Shown: piece after piece, positions 9,465 through 18,700 of the stretch | Layout: each line of letters opens with the position of its first letter | Numbering within the stretch: position 1 is the first letter of the stretch | Assembly (NCBI GenBank): GCA_043823065.1 | Contig: JBDRBB010000016.1 | Span: 1 to 63,058, forward strand | Direction of reading: 5' to 3' | DNA length: 63,058 nucleotides | Source: Pseudomonadota bacterium | Lineage (GTDB): Bacteria; UBA10199; 2-02-FULL-44-16; DYJF01 | The notes under the pieces: model-generated | What the model saw: only the letters and a program-made list of their open reading frames with translations | Told to the model about the DNA's origin: nothing | Databases searched by the model: none | Translations under genes and position numbers: made by a program

Positions 9465-10820
9465 ATGGCCAAAGCAAAATCTATTTTTTGTTGTCAAAAT
9501 TGTGGGGCGCAATCGCCAAAATGGGTGGGCCGCTGTGCTGATTGTGGACAGTGGAATACTTATGTAGAAGAATTGCCTGAAACAACTTCAGGTCGCGCAC
9601 CTTTGTTTGATGAATTTAAATCTGAACCCAAGCCTTTAACTGAAATTGTTCATGATGATGGCAGCCACTTCCCCATTGGCATTGCTGAACTGGACCGGGT
9701 ACTTGGCGGCGGTTATGTACCAGGTTCCGTTACTTTAATTGGCGGTGATCCAGGCATTGGCAAGTCCACTATAATCATGCAGGCGCTTTCAGAGATCTGC
9801 AAAAAAAATCAGTGCAGCTTATATATTTCCGGAGAAGAAAGCGCTGGCCAAATTAAAATCCGCGCGAATCGCATGAATATTAAGCAGGATAATCTTTTTG
9901 TGGTAACTGAAAACTGCGTGGAAAAATTAATCGAGCACATTAAAAAAGTTAAGCCCAAAGTATTGGCTGTGGATTCTATTCAAACTATCTATACAAATGA
10001 AATTCAATCTGCCCCAGGAAGTGTCAGCCAAATTCGCGACTCTGCTGCCAAACTGCTTTATCTGGCCAAGGCCACGGGCATGGCCCTGTATCTAATAGGC
10101 CACGTTACTGAAGAAGGTTCAATTGCTGGGCCAAAAGTTTTGGAACATATGGTTGATACAGTGCTTTATTTTGAAGGCGAGCGCGGCCACCCTTTCCGCA
10201 TTTTGCGCACGGTGAAAAACCGGTTTGGCTCCACCAATGAAATTGGCGTATTTGAAATGACCAGCAAAGGTTTGATGGAAGTAACAAATCCATCCAGTAT
10301 TTTTTTAGCTGAACGTCCACCTGGTGCAGCAGGTTCTGTGGTAGTTTCTTCTTTAGAAGGTTCGCGTCCTGTTCTTTTAGAATTGCAAGCTTTGATATCT
10401 GGATCAGGCCTGGCTAATCCTCGCCGCACAGCCATTGGCGTGGATACTGGCCGCATGGCCCTTTTAGTTGCAGTGCTGGAAAAAATTATCGGCTTGCATC
10501 TGGCTGACCAGGATATTTATTTGAATGTTGCTGGCGGCTTGAAAATTTCTGAACCAGCTCCTGACCTGGGAATTATTTCTGCTATTAATTCCAGCTTTGC
10601 CAATAAACCAATTCATCATGAAACCATTGTGATTGGCGAAGTTGGTTTAACTGGTGAAGTGCGCACCGTAATGGGTTGTGATATTCGGCTTAAAGAAGCA
10701 GAAAAGCTGGGTTTTAAGCGAGCCATTGTTCCTAAATCAAATCTTAAATCCAAACTCTCGGCCAAAATGGATATTATTGGTGTTACTTCTGTGGAGCAAT
10801 GTTTGGAAACTCTATTTTAA
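9465..10820 (+). CDS. radA: DNA repair protein RadA/Sms
   Basis: C4 zinc finger, GDPGIGKST, KNRFG motif, Lon-like C-terminus. Confidence 0.98.
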   Translation: MAKAKSIFCCQNCGAQSPKWVGRCADCGQWNTYVEELPETTSGRAPLFDEFKSEPKPLTEIVHDDGSHFPIGIAELDRVLGGGYVPGSVTLIGGDPGIGKSTIIMQALSEICKKNQCSLYISGEESAGQIKIRANRMNIKQDNLFVVTENCVEKLIEHIKKVKPKVLAVDSIQTIYTNEIQSAPGSVSQIRDSAAKLLYLAKATGMALYLIGHVTEEGSIAGPKVLEHMVDTVLYFEGERGHPFRILRTVKNRFGSTNEIGVFEMTSKGLMEVTNPSSIFLAERPPGAAGSVVVSSLEGSRPVLLELQALISGSGLANPRRTAIGVDTGRMALLVAVLEKIIGLHLADQDIYLNVAGGLKISEPAPDLGIISAINSSFANKPIHHETIVIGEVGLTGEVRTVMGCDIRLKEAEKLGFKRAIVPKSNLKSKLSAKMDIIGVTSVEQCLETLF

Positions 10821-10980
10821 TTTGGGGACGTTTCCCCCCTACTTAACTACTTAATATTATTTATTAATAAAAGGTAACTTGGTTTTTTTGTATTAGAAAG
10901 AACTGTTTCAATTTTTTAAACTCGGCATTTATTTCACAATGATTATAAATAGTTACAAGGGGGGGAAACGTCCCCAAATT
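10819..10980. mobile_element. 162-bp MITE-like element with 21-bp perfect terminal inverted repeats
   Basis: AATTTGGGGACGTTTCCCCCC at 10819-10839 and its exact reverse complement at 10960-10980 around an AT-rich core. Confidence 0.55.
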
Positions 10981-11703
10981 TTATGTATTTTTCTTATTTT
11001 AGCATTCTTGCTTATTACCGCCAACTGTCTTGCCTTTGAATTAGGCGAGAAAAAAGTTTTTATTGTCTCGCCAATTGCTGGGCCTATTTATCATAAATTA
11101 CCAGCCATGGGCCGGATGCCTTCCCAAGCAGATTGGGGGCCAAATTTTGGTTTATTTTCTGCCTTGCTGGCCAAAAATATGAACTGGATCGCCTTTCCTT
11201 ATTACGCTACTGCAAATAATGCCGAAGTTTGGGGAGTAGTTACGCATTATGATTATTACTTGCCTGTTTCTGATTTTATCCAGCCTGTCTTTGGCGCTGG
11301 ATTTGATGTAACAAAAATTGACGTAAAAAATTCCAGCATGGGCGATACTTTAGTTATCGCACCTTGGCCAAAGGTTGGAGTGCGCTTCAAAATTTCAGAT
11401 AATCTGCATTTGATTCCATATACAGCTTATCTCTATCAATATATAGATACTGCTGGCGCAAGCAGAAATTATCAATCTGCCCTGTTTGGTTTGCAAATCC
11501 AATATCACTTTAACCATTTTTTAATGGCTAAGCTAAAATACTATTACCGCTATACTTACAATGGCAGGGATGGGCATGATGTAAAACTCAGGGTGCATTT
11601 ACTGGCCAATAAAAATTTTGGTCTCACTGCCCGGTTTCAATATTCCAAACAAATTTTTGATGAATTTGTGAGCATCTTGGTAGGCCCAGCAATTATTTTT
11701 TAG
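10939..11703 (+). CDS. Hypothetical exported protein, probable outer-membrane beta-barrel
   Basis: Signal peptide (..ANCLA), alternating aromatic beta-strand pattern, C-terminal Phe. Confidence 0.6.
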   Translation: MIINSYKGGKRPQILCIFLILAFLLITANCLAFELGEKKVFIVSPIAGPIYHKLPAMGRMPSQADWGPNFGLFSALLAKNMNWIAFPYYATANNAEVWGVVTHYDYYLPVSDFIQPVFGAGFDVTKIDVKNSSMGDTLVIAPWPKVGVRFKISDNLHLIPYTAYLYQYIDTAGASRNYQSALFGLQIQYHFNHFLMAKLKYYYRYTYNGRDGHDVKLRVHLLANKNFGLTARFQYSKQIFDEFVSILVGPAIIF

Positions 11704-11880
11704 CAACTTTGTTTTTTTATGTTAGTGATTGATTACCTGGGGTTTTAACTCACCAACAAACAATTCTTATTGGGGCCTATTTTCCATTAATATGCCAAAT
11801 ATTTAGTCCGTCTGATTTTAAATACCACAGAATATCCAATAATTTCCATAGGTTATCTTTTTACAAAAATCCTTCAAAAC

Positions 11881-11896
11881 TGGCAAGCAGATTGCA
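11881..11896 (+). promoter_or_regulatory. sigma54 promoter for ORF 11959
   Basis: TGGCAAGCAGATTGCA (GG-N10-GC); degenerate IHF-like site ending at 11855. Confidence 0.65.
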
Positions 11897-11958
11897 TTCT
11901 AATTAGGCGAAAATAGAGAGATTTCCGCATTCACGGGAATGACCTTTGGGGATAACTA

Positions 11959-12324
11959 ATGAGTAATATTAATCAAAAGAAACAACCTATTCCAAATCCG
12001 TTTCATGATAGCCAACCTCAATCTGTAGGCAACACCTATGGTGAACGGGCTAGATTGCAAAAAACATCTGAACCAGCTGCTCAGGAATCTAGTGCTGCTC
12101 AGCCTCGGGATACATTTGAAAAAGTACAAGGTAGTAATTTTCCAGTTGCACCTAATGCTTCTTTTGCCCAACGCAAAAGAAGTTTATTTTCTGGTTCGCC
12201 GCATAGACCACGCGCCTTAGATAATATTCAAAACGGCGCAACTCCCAGAGTTCGTCCCAACCAACCTGGCCGCCCAAGCGACCGAGCTATCGTAGATTTT
12301 TTGGACAAAGTGCTTGATAGCTAA
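11959..12324 (+). CDS. Hypothetical low-complexity protein (P/Q/S/A/R rich)
   Basis: 121-aa ORF with GGGGA RBS-like motif and sigma54 promoter; no family recognised. Confidence 0.6.
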   Translation: MSNINQKKQPIPNPFHDSQPQSVGNTYGERARLQKTSEPAAQESSAAQPRDTFEKVQGSNFPVAPNASFAQRKRSLFSGSPHRPRALDNIQNGATPRVRPNQPGRPSDRAIVDFLDKVLDS

Positions 12325-12330
12325 TTTTCT

Positions 12331-12516
12331 GATTCTCTCGATAACCCATAATAAGTTGCTTAGGTGAGTGTCGCTTCGCTAAATCCAAAATTTCTTCATG
12401 CGCCAGAAATTTTGGAAGCGTTCTTCGCTCGCCATGTTATACAGGCTGCTGTGATGGCTCGCTCGCACGCCGCGAAGCAACACTCACCTACGCAACTTAT
12501 CATAAGTTATAGAATC
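12331..12516 (-). ncRNA. Long-stem multibranch structured element A (ncRNA or MITE-like)
   Basis: 39-bp stem 12341-12379/12472-12510; 4 of 5 mismatches become G.U on the minus strand; two internal hairpins. Confidence 0.45.
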
Positions 12517-12536
12517 TCGTATCAATTTTTTACTTC

Positions 12537-12740
12537 AAATGTTTGGTAGTCCTTAAGGGATTGTCCGAAAAACAGACAGCTGAGTGCCATATTTGCGCAC
12601 TTATCCCCGGTAGGAAATGGGATACGGAGATAAGGCCACCTTACGGATGGGCTCCCAAATGCTGGACGAAATCTCGGCAAATTTGAGCATCAGCTGTCTG
12701 GGCTTGAGGACTATTAATCCTTAAGGACTACCAAACATTT
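12537..12740. mobile_element. Long-stem multibranch structured element B (MITE-like or ncRNA)
   Basis: Perfect 22-bp inverted repeat AAATGTTTGGTAGTCCTTAAGG (12537-12558/12719-12740); nested stem CAGACAGCTGA/TCAGCTGTCTG; internal hairpins. Confidence 0.5.
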
Positions 12741-12761
12741 TAGGTAATCAGATATTATTTC

Positions 12762-15700
12762 TTATCTAATTGAAACAGTGTTACTTGTGACTGGGGCGCC
12801 GACGACACCAATGCCTTCGTCAGTTACAATTGATTTGGCTGTGACATTAGCATTGGCACTTACGCTTACATTAAAAGTTACACCTTCTTCGCTGGTTGCG
12901 CTTTGATCGCTGCAACCAGCAAGGCCAATCAACATGATCACAGCTAAACTCAAAACCAGGACTTTGCTCACCTTGTTAGATCTTAAACCAATCAACAACA
13001 ATAACGGCACAATGAGCATGAAGTTCAAGGCTAAGGTATCAAAGTTTGGTGTTGCAGAAATAATTGATAAGCCATGGCTGGAATAAGTCATTGCCAAGGA
13101 TATGTCATAGACCACTAAGATATAGGCGCTTTGTCCGCTGGCCAAAACCAGCTCAAAATTATCAAAAGTAATATCACCATCATCTGTGTCATATTGTTTT
13201 TCTTCGCCTAATTGATAGTCAGTATTTTCCAATAAACCATTACCATCAGCATCAACATATAAACGCACTGCTGCTACATCATATAGATCATGCGCATTAC
13301 CTCCACCACTAATGGTCAAACTTTCAAGCACAGCATCATCCTCATGCACGTTAGTGGCTTTAAGTTGCATGACCACTAAATCATCATGCACAGTGGCGCT
13401 TAGTTCTTGGGCAACAGGATTATTTTCACCCAAGGTAATTAAAATTTCATTATCAGCGCCAGCCAACAAACTCATGTAAGTAATAATTGTCTTATGCACT
13501 GAAGTTCCATAAATTACTTCGCTTATGCCGTCGCCGTTCAAATCATAAGAGTACAAACGAATTCCACCCTCTTCTGACTCAGAATCATGATAGATCACCA
13601 ATAATCCTGAAGCAGAAATACTGGCTTCTAAATCAGTGCTGCCATAAAGCACATAAATTGCGCCACTATCTGGGGTTTCATTATCAGGTCCATCATCACC
13701 ATAGGCAGAGATGACCAAATCGCTGATGCTGTCATCGTCAAAATAGCCAGTACCCAGACGAACACCAAATTGATCACCTGCATCCGCTCCAGTAATCACC
13801 ACATCTGCCAAATCAAATCCGGTTATTTGATCAAAGGATGATTTGCCATAAAAGATAAACACCTGATTCAGATTAGCATTACCAACTGCAATGTCTTCAA
13901 TACCGTCTCCATTATAATCGCCGCTGGAAAGAGCTACTCCACCATAAGACATACCAACATTATAATCAGGTCTTTCCGCAATATCCTCATTAAGCGCAAA
14001 ATTTTCTTCAATTAGGTCAACCAGGAACCCGCCAGTAAATGGGCCAAAATAAGTAAGAGGAGTTTGGTTGTTCATATAAACAAAATCATCCAGGCCATCG
14101 TGATTAATATCTGCCAACCAAATTTCCCTGGTGTTCCTTAGGTTAGCAACGGTCTGGTCAAGTTCATTCATTTCAAACAAAGGATCTGTATCTTCACTGC
14201 CCAATAAAATATAGGCGCTACGCAAACCAGTTATGGCAATATCTTTGATGTTGTCTTGGCCATCAACATTGCCAACAGCTAAAAATCTGCCCAGATTAGC
14301 GTCCAGACCAAGTTCAGTATTGGGATTTACCCCAGTAATGATCGTGTTTAAACCATTTATACCTTCTACACTCAGCTCGCTATCTGCAATATCTGGTCCG
14401 TAAGCAATAAATACTGCTCCTCGATTGTTGCTGGTTTCATGCACACCAAATATAATATCATCATAGGATGATTCACCAACATTGGCGATTTGCAAGGCGC
14501 TTAAAGCATAATTACTTGGCACTTCATAAGTTGCCAACACTGCTTTGCTGGAAAATGAAGTTACTTCAATGGAAGTATTACCGTCTTCTGGAATACGGGC
14601 AATTAATTCATTTACCTCGCCTGTGATATTTCCGTAACCCACCACATCGCCGTCAGCCAAATCCTCAATTTGAGTTGCCACGCTGTCAGCCCTGATTTCC
14701 CGCTTAATACCCCATATGGCAATTGATGCTGGTGCGCTATCGTTGAGTCCGTCATTGGCAATCACCCTAAAACAAAATCTCATTTTTTGTCTGGCTTCAG
14801 GCAAACTTTCCAGATTCAACATATTAAATGTCAAATTCTGCTGCGCATAACCATTACCAATACCAATATCTGCGCCGCAGGTTTGCTGCCATTGATAGGT
14901 TAAGGGATCGCCATCTGCGTCTTGCCCAATAGCCCTGATATAAACTTGTTCATTGCTAATATAAGTCAGCTTGCCTGCAGTAGCTGAAACAGTTGGCGCA
15001 GTTTGCGCGCTTTCCACAATAACTCTAACGGTCTTGGTAATGTTGTCTCCACTACCTGCCAGCGCTTTAATGGAGAAATTATAAGTTCCTTCTTCGCAAG
15101 CAGCTGGCCAACTAAAAGTAGCTGTATTGGTATTGCCATTTTGAACTTGAGCTAAACTTGAACCAGCTGGCGCATCAATTAAGGATTGAGTAATATTACT
15201 GTGTCCGCTGACCAGTAATCTAAAAGTTAAGGCAGCGCAGGAATCAATATTACAAACTAGTGGATTATCGCTGGTGCATTGCGGAGCATCAAAGACTCCG
15301 GTTAGGGTAACTGAATTAGCATTAATAGTTATAGTCCTAGTGGTGCTTGCTCCTAGCGAAGCATTAGTAGGCGCACCCATGCTGTAGATAATAGTTTCAG
15401 CTCCTTCGCTGATTCCATCATCAACAATAGTGACCGTAATACTTGCTTGAGTGCCGCCTGCTGCTATGGTTAGCGGGCTAGCTGGAATATAACTATAGTC
15501 TGTGCCACCACCTATAGCTGTGCCACCTACTGTAAACGGCAAAGATACGTTTTTACCAGACACAGCTGATAACTGGGCAGTAATCGTGACATTACCAATG
15601 GTTTCAGCCACAGCTTGATCTGAACCAGTGAAACTAATTGATGGAGCAGCATCATCATCAAGAATTGTTGCAGTATGGTTTGTAGTTGCACCTTGCGTAG

Positions 15701-18700
15701 CATTCAGCGGGTTACCCATAACAACCACAACTGTTTCATCATCTTCATCCATGGTATCGTTATTAACAGTAATTGTAATGTCCGCAGTTAGACTTCCAGC
15801 GCCTATGGCAAGGGGGCTGGCTGTAATAGTGAAATCATTTCCTGCGCCTTGGGTTGCTGTACCTCCCAGAGCAGTAAATGGCACACTAATATTCTTGCCT
15901 GATTCTGCTGATAATTGAGCGGTTATGGTGGCTGTGCCAGCATTTTCATTAACATTCTGGCTGCCTGAGGTAAAAGTTACTGTTGGCGCAGCATCATTGT
16001 CCAAAATAGTTGCTGTATGAACTTTGATTACACCCTGAATGGCATTGGTCGGTGCGCCCATGGTAACTATCACAGTCTCGTCATCTTCATCTAGGCTGTC
16101 ATTGTTTACAACAATGACAATGCTTGCTTCAGTATCACCAGCTGAAATGGCAACAGGACTGGCAGTAATTGTATAATCTGCACCTGCGCCTTGAGTTGCT
16201 GTACCGCCTAAGGTAAACGGAACTGAAATGTTTTGATAACTGGGGTTAGAAAGCTGGGCAGTTATCGTCATTGTTCCCACATCTTCAGCGCCATTTTGAG
16301 CAGCCACGGTAAAGGCCACTGAAGGCTGGCTATCGCTGGCATTGATAGTTGCTGTATGCACAGTTGTTGCACCTTTTTCAGCATTTGTAGGCGAACCCAT
16401 AGTAACAATCACTGTTTCAGCTGGCTCATACATGCTATCATCATTAACCGTAATTGTTATGGTATTATTTAATTGACCAGCAGTAATAATGATCGGCGAG
16501 GCGGTTATTGTATAATCAGCTCCAGCTCCTTGGGTTGCTGTACCACCTAAAGTATAAGGCACGCTTACATTGTTGCCAGAGGTGGATGATAATTGAGCAG
16601 TAATCGTAAATGTACCAACATCTTCATCTCCGCTTTGATTGGCTATAGTAAAATTAACTGTTGGCAATGCCTGGCCTTCAACCGCGCCAACATCTATGTT
16701 TAAACCCTGCACTCTGGGCGCTCCCAAAAAGTCTGTGGTCCAAATTGTATCAAGATCAATAATTGAATCTGTGGTTGCTAAACCTGCATCAATACCACCA
16801 CTAGCTGACATTTTAAAATCAGTAATATGAACATTTCTGCCATTGCATAAGAAATCCTCATCTTCATTGGTGTTATTATCTGATATCCAAACATCTACCC
16901 AGTCTGATCCATTATCATAGATATAAAAAGCATTATGTTCATCATAGGATGCACATACGCCATCAACTTCTGTAATCAAGAATTTTCCGATATAGGCATC
17001 GTCTGTCCAACCAGGATTGCCATTAACCATGATACGTCGTTTATTATCACCCTGGCTTGATCTTGAAGAAACTGTTGAACCAGTTCCAGCAATCTCTTGA
17101 AATGCTGGATCAGCAGCTATAGTATCTGACACTGTACAACTATTTTCATAAGGAACATCATTATTATTGCCATTAATCATGTTATGGGTCACTCGGCCGA
17201 TACCTTCTGACCGGCAAGACATGGATCTTCCATAATTATTTACAATAATATTATTATGAAGTTCATCTGAACCGGAAAAAGTAGATGTAATATAGGTGGT
17301 TGTAGCTGCGCCAGTTAAGTTAGCATAAATAGTATTATTAAAAATCGCATTATATGTTGTAGACAGGGCTTGGCTTCCCAGCTGAGTATTATTACATTTA
17401 TTTCCAACAAATAAATTGTCATAAACATGTGAATAATTATCTGCAAAAAACACCGACCCTGTACTTAAACATACTTTTGAAAAGATATTTCGTTTGGCAA
17501 CAAAGCAATCATCTTCATTATCAGCAGCACAAGTACTTTTACCTCCTTCATATGCCTGGAGGCCATAATAATAGTAATGGCCATGGAATCGATTGCCAAT
17601 GACTTTAGCAGCTGTTTGAAATGGAGCATAGACACCAAGTCCTCCATAACTACCCACCACATAGCTATCAATAATATTATTTTGAATGATTGGACCATTG
17701 CCGTAAAACAACTGGATACCTGAATCATTCAAACTATTATTTACATTAAATTTCAAGTTTTGAATGATTGTATCATTATGTACACCAGTTAAGGTCATGG
17801 CATTACCATCGCTAGGTTGAATCATGGTTGTTTCTACATTCGAGCTAGTAATAACCACATCTTTTTTAACTGAAACGTTTTTGGTGGTTGTTGTTCCTGC
17901 TGTGATATTTATGGTATCAATATCACCCATGGTAAAATCATTGGTATTGTCACGATTAATGGCTCGATCTAATGCACGCTGCCAGGTACAAGCTTCGGCC
18001 AGACTCTTGCAATCGCAATTTTGCCCTTCGCTGGAGCAACCATTTGGCGAAGCATATAAAGCATCAGCTCCGCTAGTTCCTAAAGGCACATTATCAACTG
18101 TAAAGGGAGCACCATTGGCTGGATATTCCAAGGCTCCAATATCTATATCATATACATCATCGCCAAAGACTATTCCGTCTTGATCGGAAATATTTACAGT
18201 TCTGCTTTGATTGGCAAAATCATTACCTAGCTTAGCTGCGGTAATGATGTTTTGGGTATCAGCGCCATTATCCACTGCCCAGGAACCATAGTATGGTTGC
18301 AGATTAGTAATATAAACATTGCGACCAGTTTGAAGATGATCAGTAACAAAAGAAGAAGTTCTATAATCAATATCTACCCACTCGTTGCCATCATTTCCAT
18401 TATCCATTATGGGATAAGCCGTCATATGCCTTCCCTTATCACCAGTGGCAATTCCGTCTAATTCTGCAACTAAAAAATATTTATAATTATTATCCACCCA
18501 GGCATCGTCAGCGCCAACATCATTATTTAAATAAATACGATACCTATTTGTGTTATCTGGACTGGCTTGGGTAGATTGAACAGTTGTGTAAGTACTGCTT
18601 GGCGCAAAAAAACCAGGATCATGAAAGATTTGATCACTAGCTAAAACCGTACAGTTGCTGGTAGTTACTTCGTCTTTTAAATTGCCATAAATCAGGTTAT

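Noticed and set aside
12339..12513. Element A as an integron attC site (AAC...GTT ends with 5-nt imperfect spacers)
   Set aside because: No extrahelical bases in the stem, poor RYYYAAC/GTTRRRY match, longer than typical attC sites, and no integrase or cassette array in view.
12364..12549. 61-aa ORF
   Set aside because: It lies almost wholly within palindromic element A, has no RBS or recognisable motif, and is probably incidental.
15320..16670. DNA-level repeats in the adhesin as a CRISPR or DGR template/variable pair
   Set aside because: They are ~335-bp Calx-beta coding repeats with ordinary divergence; no reverse transcriptase or cas gene is present.
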